NCBI GenBank assembly: GCA_026395515.1
Contig: JAPLYN010000005.1
Coordinates: forward strand, 431,938 to 495,937
Direction of reading: 5' to 3'
Origin: Candidatus Peregrinibacteria bacterium
GTDB taxonomy: Bacteria > Patescibacteriota > Gracilibacteria > UBA1369 > LOWO2-01-FULL-3
DNA: 64,000 bases
Below the pieces are notes generated by a model that was given only the letters and a program-made list of their open reading frames with translations, had not been told where the DNA came from and did not search any database. This document shows, piece by piece, positions 29,053 to 39,279 of the stretch (within the stretch, counting starts at the first letter, position 1; every line of letters starts with the position of its first letter). The translations under genes and the position numbers were made by a program.

Positions 29053-29499
29053 ATGAAAAACTTTAAATCTACAATCAGAACGCTATTCATCAGCACCATA
29101 CTTGCCACATTTTTCGCAACAAGTTTTGCGTATGCGGGAATCAATGATAAAACTACTCCTCCCAATCCAAAAAACGATTTAACAGAAGGAACTTTCAACG
29201 TAAAAGAAAATTTAAAATTAGATAGCGGAGAACAACCTAAAAAATATTTTGCAGACAGTACACAGAGTCCTATTGTTTCTTTGATAATTACAGTAATTGA
29301 CTTTGCAATTACCATTATGGGATCAATCGCTGTGATTCTTTTCATCGTTGCCGGCTTTATGTTCATGGCCTCTCAAGGAAATTCACAAAAACTCGACGAA
29401 GCAAAAGATATTATAAAATACGCCGCAATAGGATTAATAGTAGCCCTATTGTCATACGTAATCACAATTTTCGTCCAATCAATTTTCTCAAATGGTTAA
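29053..29499 (+). CDS. VirB2/TrbC-like (T4SS-type) pilin 1
   Basis: Signal peptide plus two TM helices separated by SQGNSQKLDEAK; IGLIVALLSY. Confidence 0.75.
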   Translation: MKNFKSTIRTLFISTILATFFATSFAYAGINDKTTPPNPKNDLTEGTFNVKENLKLDSGEQPKKYFADSTQSPIVSLIITVIDFAITIMGSIAVILFIVAGFMFMASQGNSQKLDEAKDIIKYAAIGLIVALLSYVITIFVQSIFSNG

Positions 29500-30232
29500 A
29501 AAATTACTCGCGAAATTAGCTTTAGCAATCATGATTGGAGTAATGACTACCCCAATAGTTTTTGCCGGACCTGCTGGAAGCATAGAGGATCTCGGCGCAG
29601 CACTTGACGACATTAAAGATAAACCATGTATTGAAGAAGTTATCCCAAACGCTACTGATCCAAGTAAGCCGACACCAGGACCAGACGATGGTTATGTAAT
29701 TTCTATCATTGAAGAACCCCTAAATGTAGATGCTGACGAAACTAATCCAGATTACAAAATACGTCGTTGCTTCCGCAACACCTTCCAGTATAGAAAAAAT
29801 GAAAAAGTTGCAGACAAAGTTGTTAATGGAAAAGTAACAACAAAAGATAGCTGGGTACCAAAAACTTCAGCCATGCTTGCAAAAACTTGCTCAAACAATG
29901 CTCAAGAATTAATGAAAACCAACAAAGATAATGTTGACCTAAAAGTCTCTTACACATGTAAAGAAGTTCAGGCCATCCTTACAAAAGGAGGCACAAGTGC
30001 AATCTATGGCTACATCAACATGATTTATCGTTGGGGTGCCAGTCTTGTAGGTATTATTGCGGTAACAATTATTATTATCAGTGGAATCCAGATTTCCGCT
30101 TCCGGTGGTGATTCTGAAGCAGTCAATTCTGCAAAAAAACGTATTTTACAATCAGTTGTTGGTATCATCGTTCTATTCCTTTCAAGCTTGATACTTTACA
30201 CAGTCAATCCTACATTCTTCACAAACGGATAA
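29492..30232 (+). CDS. VirB2/TrbC-like pilin 2 with Cys-containing N-terminal domain
   Basis: Signal peptide; C-terminal TM-SGGDSEAVNSAKKR-TM...VNP. Confidence 0.72.
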   Translation: MVKKLLAKLALAIMIGVMTTPIVFAGPAGSIEDLGAALDDIKDKPCIEEVIPNATDPSKPTPGPDDGYVISIIEEPLNVDADETNPDYKIRRCFRNTFQYRKNEKVADKVVNGKVTTKDSWVPKTSAMLAKTCSNNAQELMKTNKDNVDLKVSYTCKEVQAILTKGGTSAIYGYINMIYRWGASLVGIIAVTIIIISGIQISASGGDSEAVNSAKKRILQSVVGIIVLFLSSLILYTVNPTFFTNG

Positions 30233-30726
30233 TGAAAAAAAATATTCTTAAAATTTTAGCACTTATACTTATCACCTTAAACTTAGGTGCCACAGTAGTG
30301 TTTGCCGAAACTCAAGGTGCAGCACAAGATTTCAAGCAAAGTGTAATTCCTAGACCAAGCACTTTACCTGGACCAAACGGAGATAATTCCACAAATGATG
30401 CCCTAAGAAAAACTTTGGTTAGCAATGTACTTCCAAAAATTGCCGTAATTTTAATTGGATCAATTGCTTCATTATCACTAGTTTTCCTCATCATCGCCGG
30501 TGTCAGATTCGCCACAGCCTACGGCAATGACGAGACTGTTCAGAAAGCAAAAAAACAGGCTATTTATGCCATCGTAGGTCTCATTATTTCACTAATGTCT
30601 TACACAATTGTAACTATCGTTTCGAATTTTAAGTATAATGAATTTAGTCCTGCATCGACGACAAATGGACCAATACACAATGAAACACCTGGTGCAGATT
30701 TACCTCAAAAAGATCCAAATCAATAA
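30232..30726 (+). CDS. VirB2/TrbC-like pilin 3
   Basis: Signal peptide; TM-AYGNDETVQKAKK-TM (VGLIISLMSY); TAATG overlap with pilin 2. Confidence 0.75.
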   Translation: MKKNILKILALILITLNLGATVVFAETQGAAQDFKQSVIPRPSTLPGPNGDNSTNDALRKTLVSNVLPKIAVILIGSIASLSLVFLIIAGVRFATAYGNDETVQKAKKQAIYAIVGLIISLMSYTIVTIVSNFKYNEFSPASTTNGPIHNETPGADLPQKDPNQ

Positions 30727-30748
30727 AATTCACAAGCAGCTTAAAACT

Positions 30749-31252
30749 ATGAAAAAAAAATTACTATTAACAATTTGCTTCGCAATAATTTGGACAATCT
30801 CGTTCAACAATTTAGCTTTAGCAGATTTGAAAAAGGGAGAAGGGGCAGTATGTAATTCAGAGGCAGATTGCGGATCAGGACTATCTTGCATTCCAGATCC
30901 ATCAAAATTAGATAAAAGCGGAGGAGCTCTAAAAGTTTGCCGCGACTTAGTTAATGTCCTTACACAACGCCCAACCACTACCAATACCGATGCACAACAA
31001 CTTACAAAACTTCCAGACGTAAGTCTCGAAGGAGGTATGACCTTGGCCATTAAAGCGATCCTACGTTCAGCTATGTATCTCACTATCATTGCCATCGTAG
31101 TCGCTGCAATCTACTACATCATCTCAAGAGGTAAAGACGAAGACATGACCAAAGCTAAAGATATCATTCTTTATCTCGTAATTGGTATGGCAATCATCGC
31201 TGCTGCTTATGGTATCGTAGCCGGTGTAACTCAATTCAATGTATTCAGCTAA
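30749..31252 (+). CDS. VirB2/TrbC-like pilin 4 with small Cys-rich module
   Basis: Start revised to MKKKLL; CNSEADCGSGLSC...C module; TM-SRGKDEDMTKAK-TM. Confidence 0.72.
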   Translation: MKKKLLLTICFAIIWTISFNNLALADLKKGEGAVCNSEADCGSGLSCIPDPSKLDKSGGALKVCRDLVNVLTQRPTTTNTDAQQLTKLPDVSLEGGMTLAIKAILRSAMYLTIIAIVVAAIYYIISRGKDEDMTKAKDIILYLVIGMAIIAAAYGIVAGVTQFNVFS

Positions 31253-31253
31253 A

Positions 31254-31661
31254 ATGATCAAGAAAATTTTTACAACTATACTCCTAGCAACTTCACTGCT
31301 CATCGCAGGAACTGCTGCAGCACAGGCTTACCAAATCGATCCATCTTATAGACCTTCAAACGAACCTTTTGCTTTAGATAAAACTATCAAGGACCAAGGT
31401 GCCTCAGGAGCTACCATAGTCGTTCTACAAATCATCGCTGGTGCCCTACTATACTTCGCCGCTCCAATAGGCATAATTATGATTGCCTGGTCAGGTGGAA
31501 GCATGGTGATTTTCGGCGCAGAGCAAGAAAAATTAGATGCTGCAAAAAAGCATCTTATTTGGTCAATTGTTGGCTTAGTAGTGATCATCCTTTCATACTC
31601 ATTAGTGAAAGTTATCATCACCGCAATCGTCGGCGCAGCCTCAATAGCCACAACTAATTAA
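31254..31661 (+). CDS. VirB2/TrbC-like pilin 5
   Basis: Start revised to MIKK; TM-GAEQEKLDAAKK-TM (VGLVVIILSY). Confidence 0.75.
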   Translation: MIKKIFTTILLATSLLIAGTAAAQAYQIDPSYRPSNEPFALDKTIKDQGASGATIVVLQIIAGALLYFAAPIGIIMIAWSGGSMVIFGAEQEKLDAAKKHLIWSIVGLVVIILSYSLVKVIITAIVGAASIATTN

Positions 31662-33199
31662 ACTTCGATTCTTGGGAAAAGAGGTTGAGTAACCTTGATG
31701 GCACTACCTTCTTTCAACATGCCCCACTTCGTATCAAGCTTCATGTCAGCGGTACTGATGCCCAATTGATCAGCAATCGCCTCAGCGGCACTTGGCAAAA
31801 TTGGCAAAAGCAAAGTGGCAATATACCTCAATAGCTCAAGTAGGTCGTAAAGTATCGGTGGCAAATCTGCCGGATTATTTTTAGCTACAGACCAAGGCTT
31901 TTTATCATCAATATATTTATTGGCAAAATTTGTTAATTCCACCAAAGTTTCACAAGCTTCTTTCAAATTAAAAGCTTCAAAAGAGTCGCAATATTTCTGC
32001 ATGAAATCAGCAACCTGACTAGATACTTCATCATTTGCAGTCTCCGCAGGAACCTTTCCTCCTACGTATCTATCCACCATCATCGTCACACGATTCACAA
32101 GATTACCAAGTGAATTAGCAAGATCACTATTAAATAATTCAATAAATTTTTTATTGCTGAAATCTCCATCATCAGTTGTAGAAATTTCTTTCAAAAGATA
32201 ATAACGCAAAGCATTAGTTCCAAATTTATCGATGTATTCTAAAGGATTCACTACGTTTCCAATGCTCTTGCTCATCTTCTGACCTTCACTAGTCACAAAG
32301 CCATGAACATAAATCGCTTTTGGCACTTTTTCACCTGCAGAAAGCAACATTCCAATCCAAATTCCCGCATGAAAACGCAAAATATCTTTACCAATTAAAT
32401 GCACATCACATGGCCAATATTTCTTAAAATTCGGCTCATCTTTTTCATAACCAAGAGCTGTAATATAGTTTGAAAGCGCATCGCACCACACGTACATCAC
32501 CTGATCTGGATCATTTGGAACATCAACACCCCAAGGTAAAAGATCTTTAGGACGAGAGAAACTCACATCACGCAAACCTTCCTCACCAATAATATTCAAC
32601 ATTTCATTCTTACGACTTTCTGGAAGAATAAGTAGCTCATCTGACTGAATTAATTTCTTAATTTTGTCAGAATATTTTGAAAGCTTGAAAAAGTAATTTT
32701 CTTCTTCTAGAAGTTTTGGTCTCTTTTTGTGAATCAAACAATTTCCTTCTGAATCCAAATCTTTTTCTCCGACATAGGCCTCACAACCCACGCAATAATT
32801 TCCCTTATAAGTATCTTTATAAATGTCACCCGCTTCAAACATTTTAGTCCAAATTTTCTGAGCACCAGCTTTATGGTGAGCTGAAGTAGTACGCACAAAA
32901 TCGTCATTTGAAAGCTGCAAAGTATATTTCAAAGCCATGAATTGTTCTGCATTCTTATCTACAAATTCTTGAGTGCTCATCTTTGCTGCCTGAGCTGCTT
33001 CATAAATTTTCACACCGTGTTCATCAGTACCTGTAAGAAAAAAAGTATCATCCCCTTTCAATCTATGATAACGACAAAGTGCATCAGCCTGAATAAACTC
33101 AAGTGCGTGACCAATATGCGGCGCGGCATTCACGTAAGCGATAGCCGTAGTAAGATAAAATTTCGATGATTTTTCAGATTTTTTTGCAGTTTTTTTCAT
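31658..33199 (-). CDS. metG: Methionyl-tRNA synthetase
   Basis: HIGH, TGTDEHG, YVWCDAL and KMSKS motifs. Confidence 0.97.
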   Translation of the reverse strand: MKKTAKKSEKSSKFYLTTAIAYVNAAPHIGHALEFIQADALCRYHRLKGDDTFFLTGTDEHGVKIYEAAQAAKMSTQEFVDKNAEQFMALKYTLQLSNDDFVRTTSAHHKAGAQKIWTKMFEAGDIYKDTYKGNYCVGCEAYVGEKDLDSEGNCLIHKKRPKLLEEENYFFKLSKYSDKIKKLIQSDELLILPESRKNEMLNIIGEEGLRDVSFSRPKDLLPWGVDVPNDPDQVMYVWCDALSNYITALGYEKDEPNFKKYWPCDVHLIGKDILRFHAGIWIGMLLSAGEKVPKAIYVHGFVTSEGQKMSKSIGNVVNPLEYIDKFGTNALRYYLLKEISTTDDGDFSNKKFIELFNSDLANSLGNLVNRVTMMVDRYVGGKVPAETANDEVSSQVADFMQKYCDSFEAFNLKEACETLVELTNFANKYIDDKKPWSVAKNNPADLPPILYDLLELLRYIATLLLPILPSAAEAIADQLGISTADMKLDTKWGMLKEGSAIKVTQPLFPRIEV

Positions 33200-33267
33200 G
33201 AACCAAGGCTATCAATAAGAAGCCTGCAAGTCAATCTACAGATGGAAAAACACTATTGAGCCAACTT

Positions 33268-34497
33268 TTACTTATCTTTACCGCCATACCAGTACTTCTC
33301 GCCATGCGCATCACCAGCACCTCCATCTGCACCAGTATGTTCCCCCTTTGTATCCATATAAGTGCTATACAAAGAGAAATTAAACACCGGCATAAATGAA
33401 TCACGTTTAATTTTCACATTCACACTCTGCTTACTCTTTCCACTGTACCCATCAGCCGTAATATCAGCATAATCACGCACTGCTTCTGTAGCCTTACCAT
33501 CAGTGAAAAGCTCAACACGATAGTTGATTTTACTTTGCTGATCACTAAGTTTTGGATCATTAAATATAGAAGGATTAATTAAATTAGTTAAAGTCAGATA
33601 ATTTAATTTATGATCGTTAATGAATCTTGATAAAGGCCAACAATGCTTAACCTCATTTGATCTCTCTCCCTCAATAAAACTATATAAATAAAATTCTCGT
33701 GCTTCCGTTTGAGTACAATTTAAAGACTCAGAATAAACCTGATAAAGCTGGCACTTAATTAAATCAGTATAACGCCCAGATCCTTCACATGGCTTTGTAC
33801 CAAACCATGAAGGCTGACTAGCACTGGTAAACGTTCCATCTAAAGTAGATGTTACAGCAGTAAAATCGCTTATACTCTCTGTCACCGGAGCCTTGCCTTT
33901 TATTGAATCATTTAACCCTACTATCTTCCACCTCAAAACATCCCAATCAGACACTGAAGATCCTTTTTGAGTAATCTTTATATCCTTTGGATTAAAATTA
34001 GCATAAAATTCCACATCAAAATCTGTAATTGGAGTAGGCATACCACCATCACCCAATACAAACAAAGGTATGGTAGCAGATTCATTTAAACCAAGTGTCG
34101 CATAGAAAGCTGAAATATCGGGAGCTGTACTCAATTTTCCCTCAACATCATAATCCTTATCAAAACAAGGATAAGCCTTACATTTATTACTGATTTTCAA
34201 TTCCGCTACTGCTTTAGAAGCCTCAATCTTATCCTTAGCGCCATCAATAATAATTGGCACTACGCCGCCTTTTGGCTCCCATCCTGGCAAACTATTTTTC
34301 ACACCATACAAACCAATTTCAGAAGCCGATTCAGCCGCATAAAAAGACTGTCCAGCATCCAAGAATTCACGTGTCACAATTGATTCACGCAAAACCAAAG
34401 TAGATAAAGCCAAAGAAATAGCCATCAACACTCCCATGACCAGCAAGGCCACAATGAGGGCAGTTCCTTTCCTATTTTTAAGCAGTTTGGCTTTCAT
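33268..34497 (-). CDS. PilX-like minor type IV pilin
   Basis: KG|TALIVALLV prepilin-like N-terminus lacking E5; SFYAAESASEIGL. Confidence 0.75.
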   Translation of the reverse strand: MKAKLLKNRKGTALIVALLVMGVLMAISLALSTLVLRESIVTREFLDAGQSFYAAESASEIGLYGVKNSLPGWEPKGGVVPIIIDGAKDKIEASKAVAELKISNKCKAYPCFDKDYDVEGKLSTAPDISAFYATLGLNESATIPLFVLGDGGMPTPITDFDVEFYANFNPKDIKITQKGSSVSDWDVLRWKIVGLNDSIKGKAPVTESISDFTAVTSTLDGTFTSASQPSWFGTKPCEGSGRYTDLIKCQLYQVYSESLNCTQTEAREFYLYSFIEGERSNEVKHCWPLSRFINDHKLNYLTLTNLINPSIFNDPKLSDQQSKINYRVELFTDGKATEAVRDYADITADGYSGKSKQSVNVKIKRDSFMPVFNFSLYSTYMDTKGEHTGADGGAGDAHGEKYWYGGKDK

Positions 34498-35162
34498 TAC
34501 TTAATATTAATATTACTGTATAGATAATTTGTCGGATAAACCTGACTATAAACTCTCGAAGATACTGTCGTCTGCAAATCCATTTTGTAATTTTTCCCAT
34601 TGCCAATATCCTTTGTAAACTCCGCATAAACAGTAACACGCGGCTGAAATTGACTAGTACTAAAATTAACACTCTTTGGATCAAACGGATCAATTTTTGG
34701 AGAATAATAAACTTTAAATTTAGTAACCCTCACACTCTTAGAATCATTCATAGGCACAAAATCTTGATCGCCACATATTTTATCTACAAAATTCTTCATA
34801 TCTACATCTGCTGATAATTTTACAACGTCAATACTCACCACTTCTTTAGCTTGATCATAACAAACGTGAGTACGCGTCATAGCATCCCTAGAAATTATAA
34901 ACATCTCCCCCTCCTTCAAATCATTTTTGGCAATTGTAGGATATCCGTAATCCACCATCCCATCTCTTAATTCCTGAACCAATGTTTCCATCACCTGACG
35001 CGCCTGCACATACATTTCACGATAAGAATTAGCATCGCGTTGTGCACGAATAATTCCAGTATAAGAACTAATTAAAATTCCTGTAAAAGTCATGAATATA
35101 GCCATGGAAATGAGCATTTCCACCAGCGTAAATCCTTTTTGTAATTTTATTTTTTTAAACAT
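34497..35162 (-). CDS. Type IV prepilin (PilW-like minor pilin)
   Basis: KG|FTLVEMLI. Confidence 0.85.
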   Translation of the reverse strand: MFKKIKLQKGFTLVEMLISMAIFMTFTGILISSYTGIIRAQRDANSYREMYVQARQVMETLVQELRDGMVDYGYPTIAKNDLKEGEMFIISRDAMTRTHVCYDQAKEVVSIDVVKLSADVDMKNFVDKICGDQDFVPMNDSKSVRVTKFKVYYSPKIDPFDPKSVNFSTSQFQPRVTVYAEFTKDIGNGKNYKMDLQTTVSSRVYSQVYPTNYLYSNINIK

Positions 35163-35168
35163 AATTTT

Positions 35169-35870
35169 TTATAAAGCTCCACCTTTCCAGTTAGTTAGCA
35201 CTTCAGATAGAACAAGGCTGCGAGGCTTCGCACCAATATTCCAATCGATCTTCGACTGCACCAAAATAAACTTACCAGTAACGCATAAATTGACTGAATA
35301 TTTGCTTAAATATGAGCAATCATATTGGCTAATACCAATTGTTCTTTTAAATCCGGTATCTCCATCAATAACCACATTTGAATCTAAGAAAGGCTTATCT
35401 ACACTCAACATTCCGTGACGATAAATTTTTCCCGCTCCACTACTAATTTCCCAAGGACTTTCAGCTCTAACCTCGCCAGAAGTAGGAGCCTTTGCGAAAT
35501 CTGGAGAATCCTGTTTAACAAAACTTTTTGTTCCAGCCGCATCCACTACATTCACAATATTATCATTCTTACCAACAATCAATTTTCCTCCCCATATCTG
35601 CATTGAATCCTTATCGTTTCCCAACCAATCCTTATTGTGCAACCAATTTGTATCACGAATATTACGCACAATTTCGAGACCTTCTTGAGAAAGATAATAA
35701 GCTTGAAGAGTTGTAAGATTATTTCTATTTGAATCAATAATTCCCGTCAAAAGGTTACTCGCTGAAACAATTGCCACAGTCAAAATCATCATACCAATCA
35801 TGACTTCCGTCAGAGTAAAGGCTTTCACATCCTTACTGATTTTTTTAATTTGTTTTAACATTTGTATCAA
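35169..35870 (-). CDS. Type IV prepilin (PilV-like minor pilin)
   Basis: KA|FTLTEVMI; AYYLSQEGLEIVRNIRD. Confidence 0.85.
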   Translation of the reverse strand: MIQMLKQIKKISKDVKAFTLTEVMIGMMILTVAIVSASNLLTGIIDSNRNNLTTLQAYYLSQEGLEIVRNIRDTNWLHNKDWLGNDKDSMQIWGGKLIVGKNDNIVNVVDAAGTKSFVKQDSPDFAKAPTSGEVRAESPWEISSGAGKIYRHGMLSVDKPFLDSNVVIDGDTGFKRTIGISQYDCSYLSKYSVNLCVTGKFILVQSKIDWNIGAKPRSLVLSEVLTNWKGGAL

Positions 35871-36576
35871 TTGGTTTTACAACAGCCTTAGCATTAGAAA
35901 GATTTAATTCAATTTGACGTTCATAATTTGGATCTAAAGTATCTCCGCTAGAGACAATTATTTTTACAATTTTTGGTTCAAGAATTTTATCAGGACCTTC
36001 AAGATTTCCAACCGCCTCAAGCTTTCCACTTGGAGGCAAAAATCTAAAAACTAATTTATCATAAGTAGTATTTCCATCATAAGAAACACTCAAAATTTTC
36101 ATTTGAGCATCCAAATTCAAAGACTGCTTAGGACTATTATCTTTCAAATCATCACATCCCTTATATCCCCAACTCTGACTTACATGTTTCCACACCTTAG
36201 TATTCACAAAAGGTACTTCAAAACTTTTCACAGTAAAATTACCGACATTTTTATCATTACTTTTTTCAAAAACAATTCCAAAACATTTAGATGTACCACC
36301 GGCAGAATCTTCAATTTTCACAGGATTAGCTGGAGTCTCTGCCCCCAATTCCTTCTTTATATCCTGAAATTTCTTATCTGTACTCGTTCCATACGTCGCC
36401 TTTGCCTTCATAGCATTCAGCTGCGAAACCAAATTATCCGCACCTAAATCAAGCAAAGCACTACGTCTATAAGTGATATAACCATTCACAGCCAAAGTAC
36501 TAAGCATAGCGATGATTCCCATCACCACTAAAATCTCCACCAGAGTAAATCCTTTTTGTGATTTTAGAATTTTCAT
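35845..36576 (-). CDS. Type IV prepilin (FimU/GspH-like)
   Basis: KG|FTLVEILVV. Confidence 0.85.
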   Translation of the reverse strand: MKILKSQKGFTLVEILVVMGIIAMLSTLAVNGYITYRRSALLDLGADNLVSQLNAMKAKATYGTSTDKKFQDIKKELGAETPANPVKIEDSAGGTSKCFGIVFEKSNDKNVGNFTVKSFEVPFVNTKVWKHVSQSWGYKGCDDLKDNSPKQSLNLDAQMKILSVSYDGNTTYDKLVFRFLPPSGKLEAVGNLEGPDKILEPKIVKIIVSSGDTLDPNYERQIELNLSNAKAVVKPIDTNVKTN

Positions 36577-36590
36577 CTCTTCGGATTATT

Positions 36591-37916
36591 TTAATTACCT
36601 ACTGTGCTTCCTAGATTGAAGATCGGCGCCATAATAGCCAAAGCCAAAAGCGCTACAAAAAGACCAACCACTAGAATCATTACTGGTTCAAAAATTGAAG
36701 TTAGCTTTTTCAATGAATTATCAATCTCGCGCTGATATTGCTCAGAGATCTTTTCGCATACCTTCGCCACACTAGCTGATGCTTCACCCACCGCAAACAT
36801 TTCCACAATTTCTCCAGGAAATAAATATGAACTATCCTTTAAACTCTCTGAAATCTTTGAACCTTTCTTCACCTGATTCAAAACTTCCTGAACTTTTAAT
36901 TTATAAATTCTATTACTAAGAGAATTTCCGGTAATTTTCAATGAAGTAATAATAGGCAATCCTGAATCAATCAAAATTCCCAACATACTAATAAAATTAA
37001 ATACCTGAACTCTCTTTATCATCTGTCCAACGATAGGAAATCTCAATTTTGTATAATCCCAACTCACAGCACCATCAGCACTATGAACGTACATATTAAA
37101 CAATCCGTAAATTCCAAAAACTACCAAACCAATCACCCACCAATAGCCAGTAATTGCCGTCTGTAAGCCCATCAAAACACGAGTAGCTAAAGGCAATTTA
37201 TCACCAGCAATACCACCATCTTTAAGTAAAGAAAGTAGACTAGGGAAAATCCAAACCAACATACCAGTAGCCACAAGAACGAGCACTACGAGTACCGCAA
37301 TCGGATACACTGCCGCTCCCCAAAGCTTCATAGAAAGATCATGTTTCTTATCTAATTGATCTGCAAGCTTGAAAAGCATGGTATTCAAATTACCAGTAGC
37401 TTCACCAGACTTGATAATACCAATTTCCAATTCATCAAAAATATCTTCAAAACGAGTCATAGCATCAGATAAATTAGCACCTGAATCACAACTATAACCG
37501 ATAGTATCCAAAACACGTTTAAAGTGTTTGTTCTCTGCACGATCAGCAAGTGATTTCACAGCTTGTACTACAGGAATTCCCGCATCAACCATCACCGCCA
37601 ACATATGAAAAAAATAAGACTTATCCTTAAGTGTAATCTTTGAATGATCAATCAAAAAATCATCAAATTGCACAAAAATTCCTTTATCAGAATTATTGTA
37701 CACGCCATAAATTACCTTTGCGGTAGGGTCACTATTGAAGTGCTTAATTTTATCAAGAATTTCATCACCAGCTTCAAGACCAGAAACTACATCTGACTGA
37801 TCACTCGCCATTTCGTGATTCACCGCTTCATGCTTCATCTCAACAGGTTTAACTGGAGGATTGGCAGGAGCCGGAGTATTTACCGGAGTATTAATTTTTA
37901 AACCATCAAATTCCAT
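36591..37916 (-). CDS. pilC: Type IV pilus platform protein PilC/GspF
   Basis: LAVMVDAGIP, GEATGNL, VYP, GEASA and FEP...APIF motifs. Confidence 0.9.
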   Translation of the reverse strand: MEFDGLKINTPVNTPAPANPPVKPVEMKHEAVNHEMASDQSDVVSGLEAGDEILDKIKHFNSDPTAKVIYGVYNNSDKGIFVQFDDFLIDHSKITLKDKSYFFHMLAVMVDAGIPVVQAVKSLADRAENKHFKRVLDTIGYSCDSGANLSDAMTRFEDIFDELEIGIIKSGEATGNLNTMLFKLADQLDKKHDLSMKLWGAAVYPIAVLVVLVLVATGMLVWIFPSLLSLLKDGGIAGDKLPLATRVLMGLQTAITGYWWVIGLVVFGIYGLFNMYVHSADGAVSWDYTKLRFPIVGQMIKRVQVFNFISMLGILIDSGLPIITSLKITGNSLSNRIYKLKVQEVLNQVKKGSKISESLKDSSYLFPGEIVEMFAVGEASASVAKVCEKISEQYQREIDNSLKKLTSIFEPVMILVVGLFVALLALAIMAPIFNLGSTVGN

Positions 37917-37918
37917 AT

Positions 37919-38488
37919 TTATTTTTGTTGAAAGTAAGTATCAATTGAAAGAGAGAAACTAGCTCTTTCCACATCAGAAATTTCTAATTTATTTACCTGA
38001 ACATTCACAGAATCAACTCTAAAAATACGTCCATTCTGTTCAAGTCCCATCAAGAAATTCGTCAAATCCTGATAGTTTCCTTCAAAAGTAGAAGAAATAC
38101 GAAGACTACCAATGCCATCTTTAGCACCAGCACCTTTCGCAAAACTAATTGAATGCAAAGCCACATTATTCTGCTTCGCAATCTGAATAATATCCTTGAT
38201 TACAGAATCTTCATTCACACCAACCGGAACAGCCTTAATGCTTTCCTGTCTCTGTACTTCACTTGTTAATTGCAACTCCTGCTCAGCCTTATTCAAAGTC
38301 TCAAGCTGAGTCTTCATACCATCAAGAGTAGTAGTTTTTGTTGAAACATCAGCTTTTACCACATCCAAGTTAGTAGAAACTGGTCTAATAATAAAAGTGT
38401 ACCCAGCGATAGCGCATACAATCAACAAAACACCAATTAAAGTAGTTTTATTAGAATTGTCTGCAAAGCGTATTTCTTGTTCGTTCAT
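37919..38488 (-). CDS. pilO: PilO-like alignment protein
   Basis: N-terminal TM segment, coiled coil, GNYQDLTNFLMGLEQNGRIFRVDSV; context next to pilC. Confidence 0.75.
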   Translation of the reverse strand: MNEQEIRFADNSNKTTLIGVLLIVCAIAGYTFIIRPVSTNLDVVKADVSTKTTTLDGMKTQLETLNKAEQELQLTSEVQRQESIKAVPVGVNEDSVIKDIIQIAKQNNVALHSISFAKGAGAKDGIGSLRISSTFEGNYQDLTNFLMGLEQNGRIFRVDSVNVQVNKLEISDVERASFSLSIDTYFQQK

Positions 38489-38514
38489 ATATTTATTTTT
38501 ATTTTTTATTAAAA

Positions 38515-39156
38515 TTAACGAGCTATTGGAGAAGCCGCTTCCACAGGAGCAACTGGTTTCTCATCTGTTTTCACAGTTTTATCTTCAAGTCCCTTATCTA
38601 AAACTGTAGAAAGAGTGTCATTCAAATTTGGTTCATCAGTTTGAGGAACATATTTTGCACTAAGCATAAAACTCAAGACATCTTTACCAGACGCATCCGC
38701 TCCAGAAGAAATTGATGGAACAAAAACATCCACAAACATCTTTGAATCTGTAAAACTCTTAATCACAGCAGCTACATCCAAATATGGACTTTCACTACTA
38801 GAATAAGTTTTCATATTAAGAGAAATTTCATTAGAAGAAGAACCAGAATAAGAAAGAATCTCCGCAATCGGAGAAACTCCACTCTTTGGAACTGTCGCAC
38901 GAATATAAGTAATCACTTTAGACCACTCAACAGTGCCTTTCTTCAGATCATTTACCGTCTGTTTAGCATTAATAGCCTGAGTAATTTGAGCATTTTCTTT
39001 TTCATTTATTTTCGCCTGATACTCAGAAATAGATTTATCCAAAACGGCCACCTGATCAGCAGTAGATGATCTCTGCCAAAAAGCATAACCTGTATAAATC
39101 ACTACCACTAGCAGCACAGCAGCGCCCAAATAGAGAAGAAAGGAAACTCGTTTCAT
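38515..39156 (-). CDS. PilN-like protein
   Basis: N-terminal TM segment, coiled coil, WSKVITYI; upstream of pilO. Confidence 0.6.
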   Translation of the reverse strand: MKRVSFLLYLGAAVLLVVVIYTGYAFWQRSSTADQVAVLDKSISEYQAKINEKENAQITQAINAKQTVNDLKKGTVEWSKVITYIRATVPKSGVSPIAEILSYSGSSSNEISLNMKTYSSSESPYLDVAAVIKSFTDSKMFVDVFVPSISSGADASGKDVLSFMLSAKYVPQTDEPNLNDTLSTVLDKGLEDKTVKTDEKPVAPVEAASPIAR

Positions 39157-39279
39157 ATATTTTTTGTTTTAGTTTTTACTGAACTTTATCTGATAATTAT
39201 ACCAAATTTTACTAAAAAAATCAACCCATCAGTCCTCAGTATCGTTGATGTAATGCCAAAATCCTTCTATAGTCCTCAC

